A DNA stretch of 63,931 bases, the filler included, from Choristocarpus tenellus KU-1152 (lineage: Eukaryota; Protista; Phaeophyceae), in assembly GCA_964200185.2 (NCBI GenBank). It is 10 parts of 10 records of this genome, joined end to end, with 100 filler letters (N's around TTAATTAATTAA, not from the genome) between each part and the next. Parts side by side here need not be neighbours in the genome. Positions count along the whole stretch, not along the records: positions 1 to 3,064 come from CAXNAD020022571.1; positions 3,165 to 15,077 come from CAXNAD020002070.1; 8 more parts are not named here. One strand, written 5' to 3'. Within the stretch, counting starts at the first letter, position 1. Every line of letters starts with the position of its first letter. The notes below the pieces were generated by a model. It had not been told where the DNA came from and did no database searches. It saw nothing but the letters and a program-made list of their open reading frames with translations. Of the stretch, positions 1 to 13,935 are shown piece by piece. Made by a program: the position numbers and the translations under genes.

Positions 1-299
1 GGTGATTCTCTTCGCCACCCTTGCCTGAGTGAACCACGCCGCCACAGAATCACACGATTCACATCTAAAAACAAAAATGGCCAAAACCTGGTAACCTCTC
101 GTTTACTTTGACTCAGTGTAGGTAGGTGGTGTGACGTAGGTATTTTGTCACATCTACAGAAGCTCAACATTATTAGAGTATATATTTCGTGTAATGCATC
201 ACCAACATCCATCAAGAGATGAAGAAGGATATCTTAACCCCCACAGCAAGAATTATGGAGATAAGGAACGAAACTGTCTGGAGGTTGACGTTATATTTG

Positions 300-1000
300 A
301 GGCCCTGGTGGTCCTCCAGTAAGTACTCATATGGAGTGGCGCCGTGGACTTAGATATAATGTTGGTGTGGAGTGTTTATTGTTGCTTGGTAGGTGGATTA
401 CTATGCGTATGTTTGTGTGCGTCTCTCAACCTGAATCATGGATGGGTTGAAGCGGACATACATATGTACCGAATCATGCCAATATAGCAGGGATGCATAC
501 ATACACACTTGATGAGTTGCAAAGGTGAAACTATCATGTAGTATGATTGCCACAATAAAACGGAAGCACTGGTTTATGGTTACAGAAAAACTCCTCCATT
601 TTTTTTTCCTGCAGCCAGTGCGTTATCCCATCACACACCATAGTGATCCTGCAATGAATTTTGAACAAAAATTGGAAACTCTCGTTGTGTTGGTCTGGCA
701 AGGTCAAAACACAGGAGATATTACCTCAAGATAGCACATACAATGCGATTGCTTTTTTCGTGTCTCTTTGTCAATAGTGATGGTACAAATCATATTTGTA
801 GAATATGCTTCCTCCATTAATGCCAATCTCAGGGCCATAGGTACTTTGGTGCCACTATAGCTTTCTGGTCTATTGACGTTTTACAACAAAACTCCGCTCT
901 CCTGCTGAGCTCATCATGCCACATGTTCAGTCATCAATTGTTGAGTGTCTCGCATGCCCTCCTTAATGGGAAGTGCAGACAGCAAACCAAGGCAAAAGAA
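300..1000 (-). mobile_element. Decayed Ty3/Gypsy-like LTR retrotransposon pol remnant (RNase H end and integrase)
   Basis: Minus-strand fragments in the expected order, broken by stops and frameshifts: GLLSALP..AQQE (~990-900, like ADALSRLP..AQ), KVPMALRLALMEEAY (~850-800, integrase Zn region), RVSNFCSKF (~685-655, like DRGxNFxS), QATINT..GATPYEYL (~390-320). Confidence 0.5.
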
Positions 1001-3064
1001 AGTAGACACAAAGTATACACACTCAGTGTTTATTCTGACTTCGATCGTTCTTGCTCAGATGGTGGACGAGGTTTACAACCTATCGCCCTCCCAAGAACAG
1101 TCCAGTATTGCAAATACTCTACCTTCTATGAAGCCGTCCACTAGATGCAATGGTTGCATTTTGAAATTTCCTGCCCCAAGTGTCCCTTACATTACTAGAA
1201 GAACAAGTGTCGAGAGTAGGGATGTTATAATACATCTAGCGCTACACAGCAAGGTCAATATTCAGCTGATGCTCTTCTTCACGACCCTTCCTTGTTTTCC
1301 CGCTGACTGCTGACAAATTTTGCCCTTACTCTGGTGGGGTCAGCTGCCTGGAACTCTGCTGGGAATATGATCTGCAGGGGTAGAAAATTTGATACGTGGA
1401 TTTATGTGTTTGATGGGGTGTGCATCAAGACAATAGTCAGAGGGTGAACTTTTGATAAACTTTCCCCCTTCCTTTCTATACTATCTTCAACAGCTGTGAT
1501 TAATGATTCACCGTTCTACACTTTTTCCTAAGTTCAGAAGCATAGAGGTAGCTCTGTAGCAGTATAGTGTGTTCTTGGCGATCGGTTGTCTCACACAACC
1601 AATTATATTATAATTTAATAGCTTGCATCAGAGATGAGTAGAGAGTGAGACACCATCACCAGATGGGGTTCACCACACCTCACAGTAAACAACCCACAAT
1701 ACCAAATGACCCAACAGTTCTCTAGCACACTTCAGAAACACACTCTTACTCTAACATTCCGCAGGAACTTTTTTTGATCAAATACCCTAACCCTAAATAT
1801 CCCAAATGTCCTGCATCATCGTTTTGTGTACATCCAATATGGCTTAGAATCTTGTATTCACAAATGGACAATCATGATCTTGACAGCTCTTTAGATGTGG
1901 AAGATCATGGGGAGGCGTATTGTGTGCTTGATGTGCTGAATCGTTCAAGCACAGCAGCAGTACTGCTGGATGAAAGAGGTTAGTGGCTCACCCACCCTAA
2001 CTTGATGTGCGTTCTGTGCCAGTGATGTTTCGAGCGCAATTTTTTCACTATTGTTGGTTGGTGTTATGTACCTGTGTAGCTCTTTAAATATACACCCCCC
2101 CACACACAAATAATATATCAGTTGTGATTGATAAGCAACATATTCCGAAGGGCAATACATAGGCAAGTACAATTGATATAAACATAGAGCGCTGTACAAA
2201 CCTCATAATATTTTTCTGGTGAACACGGTACCATGAGTGAGGCAAAGAAATGAAGTCAGAGTATCCGAAGACATTGAAGGGCTGTTGCTATTAAGGGATC
2301 TCTGCAAATTCTTTTGTTTTCTGATTTACACCTTTACATCCTTACACATCCTCCAATCCAACGACTATCCATCAACCCATTAAGTCTTTTCAACAACATC
2401 GACATACTCGGGGTTAGGTGATAGCTGAATTTGGGCCATGAGAAGGTGATAGGCACCACACATTACAAGCCCCCCTCCACAATTAAATGGCCTAAATCCG
2501 TCTCCCTCTAGGATGCTTTGGCATGTTTGAATTACACCAGCCAGCCCAGCCGCTTATCCCAGTTAGGAAGAAGATAAGCCAACTATCCCCAAACCCATCC
2601 CTAAACAACTCTTATCAAAACCTAAACCAAAACCGAATTGTTACTAAGACCAACAACAAGGCAATGTGGTTGACCCCGAGCACTACAAGAATGGATACAA
2701 CTTTGTAAAAAAAAAGAAAAAAGAGAAAAAAGTTCGTTTGCAGGATTTTTTCATAGGCATTGTTGGTGACTTCCAAGATGGACGATCAGACTCTTGCTGC
2801 CTAAAACTACAAGACATAAGTGCACAATCCGGAGTACTCAGTGCACTAGAGCTTTTCTCTTCTTGTGAGTGAAGGTCTGTAGTGTTGCATAGTGTCTGTC
2901 AACTCTACAAGTCCCTTCAACTCTCTCTGATGAATCACCTACCCATGCACAAGGTCCTGCTTGTAGTGAATAGTAAATGGTACCCTTCAAGGTATATAGG
3001 CTCAAAGTATCTGGGGGGGTGGGGGGTGGGGAGGCAATCAGGTGAGAAATATAAACACCAATGC

Positions 3065-3164
3065 NNNNNNNNNNNNNNNNNNNNNNNNNNNNNNNNNNNN
3101 NNNNNNNNTTAATTAATTAANNNNNNNNNNNNNNNNNNNNNNNNNNNNNNNNNNNNNNNNNNNN
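3065..3164. other. Artificial contig linker (44 N + TTAATTAATTAA + 44 N). Identical linkers at 15078-15177, 21277-21376, 28648-28747, 39511-39610, 44052-44151, 47670-47769, 54435-54534, 58255-58354. A separate 10-N gap is at 45508-45517.
   Basis: Nine identical 100-nt spacers whose core gives stop codons in all six frames. Confidence 0.98.
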
Positions 3165-3846
3165 CAAAAATCGTGACATGAAAAAATTGACCCCAAATGT
3201 ACAGCCACCACTCCCCCGCCAGATACTTTGAGCCAGTAGATCCCTACTGATAGGAGGGAAAAAGATAACATAAGATGACACATCATCCAATATAATCCAT
3301 TATCATCCGGCCATATATAAAAGCCCTAACGAGAATCAACAAACTAGTGTACATACCTCCACCAGTGCTCTCAACTATTTGTTAGACTCACCTTCTCTAA
3401 AGGCATTTCCTCAGTCACCACCCACCCACCCTCTCACTCTCCTTCACCCTAAAACTTGTTGCCTGTATGATAATGCACCCCTCCACAATGACTCAGTGAT
3501 GGAAGCTTCGTATTTAACCACACAGCCAATGTAAGTGGAGGAGGAATCTTAGAATTTCTGGGGGATCAGAGCACCAACTTCCGGAGGCTATTAGTCCGCT
3601 GGTGCTGGTTAGTGGTGGGAGTGTCAACTACACCAGAACCGCTCTCACTCTCAACAGGGGATTGTGGGTTAAGGTGAGACGTCCCACTTGTGTCTAAAAC
3701 CTGGAATTTTGGTAAGGGTTCAAAACACCGAGGAAGTAAAGCTGGAGGAGCTTCATGTATTGATTAGAGGAGATATAAGTGGGGAGGAATTGCTACAAGG
3801 TTCATGTGGAAGGAGGAAGGGTGGACTAGGTCTGCCTATTGTGTCA

Positions 3847-4025
3847 GGCTAAAAGTATCTGGGAGGGGACCGCGGCTGTCCATTTGGGTTTTTTTCATAT
3901 CGCGATTTTTGTGTGATTTGGTTGCCATACGTTGGATGGATAATGTAAATGCACTTTTCCCGATTTTGGTCCAAATGAACAATCTCGTGTAGACCCCCCC
4001 CCCCCCCCCCCAGATACTTTGGGTC
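3847..4025. mobile_element. MITE type 1 (G-tract termini), complete ~180-bp copy
   Basis: TIRs GGCTAAAAGTATCTGGG / CCCAGATACTTTGGGTC, flanked by TCA on both sides (3844-3846, 4026-4028). Partial copies at ~2999-3064, 3165-3233, 14979-15077, 28579-28647, 28748-28777, 47597-47669, 47815-47997, 54535-54727, 63837-63931. Confidence 0.85.
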
Positions 4026-5804
4026 TCAATTTGTCAATGTATCAATGTCCATGATGGCGACTACAGTGTCAAAAAGAGGTCAGATATAACCTTTGATTCA
4101 AGGACCTGATTCAGCTTTTGATTGGAAGACCTGCTGCTCCTATTGCCTGGTAGATATGCTTGGGATTAGGGTTGGTAGGGTCTTATTGGGATTGTGGTTG
4201 GGAAATTTAGGTGCAGTTTAAGGTGTTGGATATGTCGGTCCACAACAGTTAGGTAGACAGCCCTGCAATCTTTCTGTCCCACTTTAACTGTTGTTGCCTA
4301 TCCTTCCTGAGTTGGGATACTCATATAGAAGGTATGGGATTATGTCTGTGGTGTTTAGGGTTGCTGAATTGTAGTGATTGAATCGCTATGCTCAACGAAG
4401 TTGAAGGAAATCACCATAGAAAAATGAGGGCTTAGAATCAATTAGTAATTTTCTTTTTACATGATTTGTGATATGCTGGACTTCCTTGAAGGACCTCACT
4501 TCATGTACTTGCTCGCACATCTTCATCCTGATTGGATACATTGATATTATTAGAGTCAACATAATCCTCACCAAATATTGTGTTTCAAAACGTTCTCATC
4601 TTTGACTATTTATCTTTTGATGTTGTGAAAAAAATTCGAACAAGATGTGAACGAGACTATCAGCTACTCTATTGTATGTTGATGGTCAGATATTTTTGTA
4701 CCTCTGAGAGGAAACTTCAACTATGCCTAAAATACTTCATTATGCTCATCAATATCCAAACCACTGTTGAGGATCTTACAGAAGACTGTCAAATTCTCTT
4801 GAGTGATGCTAAAGAGTGACAATAAAAAAAATATAAATTTGATAAGGATATTACGTTGGAACCAGATGTGACACATTGGTGATACATTTCTCCCACAACA
4901 CCCTCCACCCCCTCACTCATCGAATGACACTATATTAGCTTTAGTTATCTAGTTACAATCAAATATATTGAACCATCTTGCAAGATGATAGATGCAAAAC
5001 AATATGACTTAGGCAGTTAACCTAGACACTGGAACATCTTGAAACCTCAACTCTTTATCTCCAATATCTGGATCTTCCACGGAACAAAGCGTGGTGAGAT
5101 GAACTTCAACAAAGAAGCTTCTCAAATTTCAGTGGAAGGAAATCTCACCATTGAGGGCAACGGAATGTTATCCTTCACTGAGATTTCTGAAGCTGGGCTA
5201 GGACTGGGTATTGAGGGTAATAATCTATGGCGGGAAGGGCCAGTTGAAGGAAACAATGGCATGGACGGAAGGTTTGGGTGGGGAGCATCCTATAGGAGTA
5301 CCATGGAGGTGACAGCCTCCATCTTCTGGACTGGGGGCATACTCAGAGGCAATGCACAGGAGAGTATTCTTTGACTCATGCCAAGATTGAAGGGGAAGGA
5401 GAGGGTGCAGGATGAGTGCATCCTGTTGGTTCTATGGTGTGTGATGTGTACATCCTTGTATACATTATGCAAATGTTTTTTGTTATTTTTCATATATATT
5501 TTTTTATAATGTATACATTTTGATTGTCGCACTTCGTAACATGCACGTACACTAACCCTGACCCTATCCCTAAAACTACTACACACTAGTGGGTCGGGCA
5601 TGGGAAAGAGAAGTGATACTCCATAACCATAACCTCACCTAACTGTTCATTCTGAAGACCATTCTGAAGACCTGCCTGAAAAGCGGCTTGTTGTGCATGG
5701 CATTTGAGATACACAAATGACACATGAGTTTTGTTTATGGGAAATACTCTAGTGGATAGTTGCGATATTAAAGGTCGTGTCTTGTTCCTCTTCTTGGACT
5801 CACA

Positions 5805-5937
5805 GACCACACAAAGATCATCACTTGAGAACATGTCTAGAGGAGGACCACACACAAAGATTATCACTTGAGAACATGTCTAGAGGAGGACCACACACAA
5901 AGATCATCACTTGAGAACATGTCTAGAGGAGGACCAC
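5805..5937. repeat. 43-bp minisatellite x3
   Basis: TCACTTGAGAACATGTCTAGAGGAGGACCAC recurs at 5821, 5864 and 5907. Confidence 0.95.
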
Positions 5938-8928
5938 CTGGGAGCAATGTCCAATTATCTCTGTGTGTTTTCTTGGGGAACTGACTTATCACACATTACT
6001 TCTATGTTGAGCTAATTATGCTAATTTGTCAAATATTGTTCTTGAGAAAGAGCAATTAGCAAAACTAAGAACCATTGTGTATTCTCGTATCCTTCAATAC
6101 TTCAATACTAACCCTAACCCTTTTTGAAATGACACGCTACTTGTGAAACTACCCATCAATACTTTTGATTTCTTGGATACAAAATTGGATAGGTAAATGA
6201 CAAAAAGCACCTTGGACAGAAACCCTGCCACCTCTACAGCAGGATTCATAAAAAAAACCCCGATCTGTAGGATGGTAAAGAAACCATCAAGAATGGTACA
6301 ACGGATTATGTGGTACCTTCAATGACACGAGGGATCACCTGGTACCGACAAAACTGTCAGCAGGGATTTCGTGGTACAGCAGTGTGCAGTCATCACTTTA
6401 CTGTCATACCGCCTGAACAATCACAATAACTATTCCTATGGCATTAATTGCATATTTTACTTGATTTTCTGGTGGTCTAGCCACCGCAACCCTCCCCCAA
6501 CATCCCCTACACCGGCAGGGTCCATATTCACTCACTCTCTCACCCTAACTACAAACATAAATTTGTGTTTACACTCTCCAAAAAAAAAAGGTGGTATCTA
6601 CTAGCATCCTGGAAATGTCTGGCGGAAAAAAACGTCTGCACCATTTCCTACAATTTGTCAACCAGGGCAAGGGCAAGTGGTCCGGTAGGGACATGATCGT
6701 GACCAGCAGTGCCTCCTTTATCAATATCGGCACTCTCCAATCAGATGAGACGGATGATGTAGATGCAGGGTATTTTGGAGCAACGATCATTGGTGGAGAT
6801 GGGGGACAAGATTCGGGAGCTGTTGGAGGTGCAGGAGAAGGGAAGGGTGTAGCCGTATGGGAGTGGGAGTATTGGATGTTCACATGATGACACAAAATTG
6901 ATTGATGGGATGGACCCAGTGCAAGCAGTCATTGTCCAGTAAGAGCGGCAGCAGTGGTGTACTTGAGAGATGTTGAGTAGGCCTGGCTAGTAATATAGAG
7001 AGGAGGGCACTGTTGAATGAAATGCTGAGTGAGTGACTATGAAGACCTCCATTCTGGTTCTTGTGGAATGGAAAGCAATGGTAAGATTGAAGGGGCAAGC
7101 TGTATGTCATTGGAAATTTCTGCATCCATTTGATCAATGTTTCAGAAAAGGCACTCCTTTGGTGTTTATGTTGCATTTGTACAAAAAACCTTTCACATCC
7201 CCAATCCAGTGAGCATGACTCTCATTGCTCAACCTTTTTGCTAGCAGCAAGTGTGTGGACCTCACACTACAGGTTCCTGTTGGTCTTGTACACTAGTACA
7301 CTAGCCTGTGCCGAATAGGGTGCCCTCTGTAGCTTGATGGGGTGGTCGATTCACATCATTTTTCAACCCACACTGAACCATCACACTGAGGAAATGCACA
7401 CATAATTTACAGAGACTATCTGGTGTTGGTCCGGTCTCTGTAGGATAGGGGTGGGGCCCCAGAAGAGAGTCTGTTAGGCCAACAATTTCACACCAATGCC
7501 TTACAGCATTACAGCATTATAGCAATTTATGGTTTAGTGAAAAAAGGAGCTGTGGGGGTACAAGAGGAGCTTGTCCGGATCGTCCCAAAAATCTTCGAGA
7601 TTATTTTGTAATCACTACAGCATCTTGGACCTCAGCTGGATGGGGGACTCGCTTGCTGTAAACCTTGTTTGATCCATTTACCTATTACCATCATTCACCC
7701 TTTGCTCGGGAGTGCCTGTGTTAGAATCAAACCATCAAAGAGGGGGCTAGGCTAATCTTGGCTCGTTTGATTGGGTTTCAAGGATTGTGTTAACCTTGTG
7801 CAATATGAACCATGCTCATGCCCTATGACTCCTCTTGGTGAACATACCTCTCTTGACTGCAGCAAACATGTATGGTATAGACTAACTAATCAAAAGTCTT
7901 CACCTCTACCATATCACACAATACAGTAAAAGAAACATAACAGGGCTAATCTTCAACACAGTGAATGGATAAGGAAGTGCGGTTAGCTAGTTCCCACAAG
8001 ACAGTCTGTAAACAGTCTGTAAACAGCACCATCAACTCAACACACATTCTCAGGCCGGAAAACCCGTAAAAGTGGAGAGGTCTACCTCAATTCCGGTCCA
8101 CCTAAAAACAATGCAAATCATAACAGCAAAACCAACCTGGAATGTTGAACTTACAGAGGTAGTCATGGTCAAGATGATCGCCAAGTCAAGAGTGTAGAAC
8201 AGGGGGTCTAAGGGATCACAAAAGATCACAAAAGTGCTTTCCTGCACCAGACAAATGTGAGCTGACCAAGATGTGTCCGGGAAATCCCCACCCCTCAACC
8301 TCAAAATGGACCAATACCTTCCAAACATCAGTGGAAGGACAAGCCGTAAGATTTTGACCAGTGTGAAAAAAACGTACATATATCAAGAATTAAAAAAAAG
8401 TCCTAGTTTGTTTGTTGCCTCCACCACTGATACCTTCCAAGTATTACTAGAAGTCCACACACTTCTTGTATACAGAAGAGTATTAAGAAATTGCTAGGTA
8501 CCCTTTGAACACATCACACATCCCTTGATTCACAAAAGATTCACAAAAGATTCACAAAAGTACACCATTAATCCCAATCAAACACAAAAACCAATGAATA
8601 CACACTCTTGTAGTGGAGGACCACCAAGGCAAAAGTACACCATGCAGAGAGGAAAGTCACGATAAGAAATTAAAAAAAAAACTTCTCTACCGCGCGGGTA
8701 CTGGAAAAAAAAAAAATCGATTGGAAGAGACCCGTGATTACATCCATTTTACACCTCTGCCGAAAAAACACAGGCAGAAGGATTCCTGCAACTTATCAAA
8801 AAAAAAAAAAAAGTCACAGCAATATACATCGTGCTATCGGGTTCGTGGGTCAGGCAATGTGCTAATGCAAACTTTCACAACTCATGAGGAAATTGACGTT
8901 AACAATATTGACACTGAGCACAACACCA

Positions 8929-11900
8929 TCAGGACAGCTCGAAGCCGGTACCGGAGAAGATAGAGGTCAAAAGCTTTCCCCGCATAACCTGGTTCACAAC
9001 ACCATACAAAGAGACACACACATATGGTTCATCCAAGGCGTGGACTTGTTCGTTAGTGAGTGAGAGGAGAGAGTTGTTTGTTTTCAACCCATCACCACAG
9101 TCACCACCTGAGCGGGTTGAAAACTTAGGCATCAAACTGTGTCGGAACTATCTCCACTCTCTGAACCACCAGGGGTGCAATCAAACTTTGGAGGGTGTGA
9201 GCGAGTGGGTGGCTTTACAAAAAAAGGGATATAACGTCAATTTAAAAAAAAAACCCTAACTCTATCCCTAGCAGTAACAAATGCAAGATTACAACATTAA
9301 ACAAAAAAATCGAGCTCAATCTGGATGCTTGTAGGGTATAATGAAGACATCAATGATGACAACTAAAAATAGAAATGAGCACAAGTAGCACAATCAATAC
9401 ACTACAATACACTCTGAACTTACCTGACACACTCAGAGCAGTACCCCATGCATAATGGTAACTTCACTCCCCTTTCCAAAAATCCAACTCTAGCTATGCA
9501 AGTGGGTGAACCAACATAGTAGTACTACTTATCTCATAGACAGAGTATATAAAATGGTGCAAATATTAAGACTAAGGAGTTGGCACAGTAAGAACAAATT
9601 AAGGTACATAGCACATACCCTTTCTAGACGTTTGGGAGGCGTTTCTCTTCGGAGAACAAAAAAATATATACAGTTCTTACCAAATCGTGGCAAGAGTCTG
9701 TTAACAAATCTTAAGAAAAAAATATTCCTCTCGAAACAAAAAAATAAACATCAATAACTGTAGGAACAAACGAACGCACTTTTAATATTATTTACCAAAA
9801 AATGAAATAAAATAAAATAAAATAAAAAAAGCTCTCATTATAGTCAAGACTCCATCCACTATATCCAAGAACGGGTACAGAGATGAACTCACTAAGTGAT
9901 AATCACAAAGTCAGCACAATCATCGAACAAAAATAATCAATGATTCAATCGTCGAATTAACCCACTGTGTCCGTACGGCATGGGACAAGACAACAACAAT
10001 AAAAAAGGCTGCGACACAATCACATCACCCCATCACACATAACTGTCAGTATCACACACCTTCTCACTGGAGTATGTAGGAAGCTTGAGGGTATTGAAGC
10101 AGGTGCTAGCAGTTGGAAGGCGTTCAGAGTCAGATCGTATTCCGACTCTGTGAAGACAGAACGGCGGCTGGAGGGACTCAAAGCCAAGGGGAGGAGGTCT
10201 CTCACAACTGGTCACAAACCGGAGGAGAGCAGCTTTTTCCTTACCACTCATGGCGCCAAGAATGTTCCAGAAACGACGAACAGTACGGTCCACTCCAACA
10301 AAACCCCCGGAGTACCTGTGGCACAAAAAAAAGAGGGGGGTCGGGGGTGGGAGGTGGGGCACTTTAGAGCCGGTGTGATATATGATAACTACTTTAGAGT
10401 CGGTGTGATATGTTGACTAAGTCAAAAGTGCTCCTCCTGCAACCTCCTACGTAAAAATATAAAAATGATATTGGTTGCTACCCGTTGTTATTGTCATATT
10501 ATTATTATTATTATTATGTTGATATTATCATTATTATTATTATTATTATTATTGATGTCACTCTGATGCTATTGTCATGTTGATGTCACTCTGCTTAGGC
10601 AGGTAGGTGAGGAGTAAATACCAATGTACTGATTGAACTACACATCCCCCACCTGGTGTGTTTACGGAGTTCTTCTACATCCAGAGTTTTGTTTGAACCC
10701 GATATCAGCACCTACAGTTCCAGCAGACAGTACAAGTACAGTACATAAATGTATCACAGTCAGTTTTTGTTAGAGGTCAAAAAATAATAAAAAACGCCAA
10801 TACAAGCAGAAAAACACAGACACACAGACACAGACACACACACATCATATCTCAATCATACATCAATGATATCTCTTTCAAATAAAAAACGCGGAGATAA
10901 AATATTGGAAATTTTTTAATATTAATATTTGTCACAATGACAATGGTCAGTATACCTAACCCTAACAAAAAAATGGAGTACGTATGTATCTAAGTATGTA
11001 CCTAAGTATTAAAAAATAAAAAAAGTACCTAAGTATTTAATTCCCCCACAATAAATAAATAAAAATGAACTATTGGAGATTATTTTTGTCAATAGTTCAC
11101 TTTATTCCAGTAAGAAAAAAATAGTATAAAAACATTATAAACCATTTCAATTTGTTGCATGTGATTTTTTCATATATATTGCAAAAAAAGTTTGTGTTGA
11201 TCGGATTGGACGATGGTGTATAGTACTAATTTATATTATTTTCATTGAAGCACCTTTTGAGATATGCAATACATACATTACAGCCCACAAAATCATAACA
11301 GTGGTATTGGTGGGTACTGATAGTGGTATTGATGGGTACTGATAGCAAAATGAACTTTCGTTTCTTTCAAAAACAGGAAATAAATCAACAAAATAAGTAA
11401 TTCCATCATAATTCCATCATATGCCAAAATTGAGCATAATGATAAAAAGTATGTATGCATGATTATGTATGAATACCTGCAGATGGGCATCAAAACTCTT
11501 GCAAACAAGTATCTTCATGAGATTATTGTGATAAGGTGAGAGTCAGTTTTTCAGAAGAAAAACTATATAGCAAGTATACAGAACAATCTGTCTGACTCAA
11601 TGAAATGACACACACGGGCATACCTTATCTTGTCAAAAAATAAAATAAAATAAAATAAAAACGAATTTAACTATTATTGACACGACACGACAATGACACT
11701 ATAACCCTGACCCTATAACCCTAACCAATGAAAGAACAAAACATAAAGGAAAAAACTAGAACAGTTTACAGGACTAGGAAGAATAGAAAAGTAATAAAAG
11801 GAGAAAAAAGCAAATGCGTTCACACTCACACACCATCATCTAGCATTATTTCACCTGTAGCTCTGCCTCACTGAACATTTGCAGCCACTGTGGATTAATC

Positions 11901-13405
11901 ACCTCCCACAGGCCCCGGACAAACGCCTCCGCTTGGTCCTGGATGATAGTGTGGCAATAATAGGTACAATAATAGTACCTTGTTGAGTATTATTGACCTC
12001 TATTTCATGTGTGAGGATTGGACAAATGGGACAAAAAGGGGGTACAAACGTACCTTCATGTGCATTACCTTATTCACACTTACTATGTTCAAATGCAATA
12101 CGAAAACGATCTTTACCTCCACTTGATCTCTTACTTGCCCTTATCTCTTCAGACATTAAAAAATAATAATATTATTTTATTTTTTATTTTTTTTCCTCCG
12201 TATCATTATTATTATTATAATTCATCACCTTAAAAAGAAGCCTCGAGTCAAAGTAACTTCTGAATAATAATAGTAGTCATAATAACAATAATAATATTAG
12301 TCATAATAACAATAATAATAATAGTCATAATAACAATAATAATAGTAACAAAAATAGTAATAATAACAACAATAATAACAGTAATAATAGTAATAATAAA
12401 ATAATAATAACACAATCAGCAGACGCCTGGAGCATGCTGCAATTCATAGAGAGGGTTGAGGAACATCACAAAACTACATAAATACCTACATAAAGCATTT
12501 CTTCCACTCAAATCTCCAAATTGGAAGTAACCCCTGTGGTACAGTAGTGTATGAATATATATGTGAAAAAGATAGCTAGAAACCCAACAAACTGGAGTGA
12601 CACATACCATTCAATGCCAACAAACAACCTGGTATGGTATTGAACACATTACCCACACACACACACAAAATGTTTTTTTTTTAACAATAAAAAAAAACAC
12701 CAAACGGAAATCACAATAAAATTTAAATGAAAAAAACAGAAAATAGAGTAAGTTAAAAGATAACCAGTGTTGAAAAAATCTTTTTTAAATGCAAAACATT
12801 CATTAAAATTCATCTTCTTGTACTCTTTTTTACATCTCATCCAAAAACACTCATTGACATGTCAGACCATTTGATGTCGAGGCCAACCAATACCTAACCC
12901 TAACCCTAACCCTAAGAATATCATTTAATGTGTAAAAAAAACACCACAATTAAAGAACATTTAACTCCTTTATTTTTTTGTTCTCATCAAATTTATTATT
13001 TTTTTTATTAATCAACTATAAAAAAAACAAAAGTAACACTCCTTGTTCCATGCTGTTCGAAGTCAAAAATCATGAATCTCCCTAACCCTAACCCTAACCC
13101 AACAAACTGTCCCTAACCCTAACCCTAACACTAAACCTGGAGAGAAGGCAAATCAATTGCTTCTCAACAGGATAGCCACACTCAGGGCTATAAATAAAAA
13201 TAAACCATATCAACCACATCAATCATATTAATCATGTCAATCATATCAATCATGTCAATCAGAAAAACACAATGCACTTGCTAAATGGACCCTCACAGCT
13301 CACCTTGAGTCTATCCACGAGGTGGTGTTTAGCGACCCTATTGACATATTCAATACGATTACCTACACTCACTGTTCGATTGGCACCCCCTGGGACAAGC
13401 TCCAC
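8929..13405 (-). CDS. HECT-domain E3 ubiquitin ligase (UBE3B/C, UPL6/7-like), last five exons; 5' part not in contig
   Basis: Phase-consistent GT-AG exons: 13405-13304 (VELVPGGANRTVSVGNRIEYV..), 11938-11855 (DQAEAFVRGLWEVINPQWLQMFSEAELQ), 10711-10653 (VLISGSNKTLDVEELRKHT), 10315-10060 (YSGGF..LLRFVTSCERPPPLGF..RLPTASTCFNTLKLPTY, catalytic Cys intact), 8988-8929 (VMRGKLLTSIFSGTGFELS*). Confidence 0.95.
12262..12415. repeat. (AAT/AAC/AGT)n microsatellite in HECT intron; (ATT)n also at ~10497-10553
   Basis: Read directly from the sequence. Confidence 0.9.
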
Positions 13406-13561
13406 CTGCAGGCAGGGGCACAACAATACATAAATAATTAAATAGCTTACAACCAAATAAAAAAAAGGTCTACAAAAAAAAGATATAAAGACATACAAAA
13501 AATAGGGCTTAATATCACCCCCCAAAAATGCTAATACGACTGATCATGATCAACACCTCAT

Positions 13562-13694
<133 letters not shown>

Positions 13695-13727
13695 GCGTTA
13701 TTCACACTTCATCACAGAAGCACCTAT

Positions 13728-13935
13728 CCACTGTATACCTCTGGTGACACTTTATCACCTAAAGTCCAATGACTGCATTCAGTCCACAGTATACCTGTGG
13801 TGACACTTTGTCACATTGAGTCCAATGACTACATTCAGTCCACAGTATACCTCTGGTGACACTTTGTCACATGAAGTGCAATGACTACATTCAGTCCACA
13901 GCATACCTCTGGTGACACTTTGTCACATGAAGCAA
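13728..13935. repeat. 56-bp minisatellite x~3.7 with internal palindrome GTGACA-CTT-TGTCAC
   Basis: ATACCT marker at 13735, 13791, 13847 and 13903. Confidence 0.95.

Larger units (their letters stand above)
3250..7700 (-). mobile_element. Probable decayed retrotransposon gag/protease-like remnants
   Basis: Stop-riddled minus-strand frames with Pro/Ser-rich stretches, a gag-like W..CRKWCRRFFPPD (~6660-6615) and an RALV protease-like remnant (~3370). No clean exon structure; motifs are weak. Confidence 0.3.

Noticed and set aside
1880-2000. Chromodomain remnant of a chromovirus-type element
   Set aside because: Only a vague Y.V..VL.R pattern with no conserved aromatic cage; not supportable.
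3109-3120. Recurrent TTAATTAATTAA (PacI-like) motif as a biological site
   Set aside because: It is always centred in an identical N-spacer, so it is an assembly linker. ORFs containing X runs are artefacts at their ends.
13728-13935. Palindrome-containing 56-bp repeats (and the 43-bp repeats at 5805-5937) as a CRISPR array
   Set aside because: Units are contiguous with no unique spacers, there are no cas genes, and the context is eukaryotic non-coding DNA.
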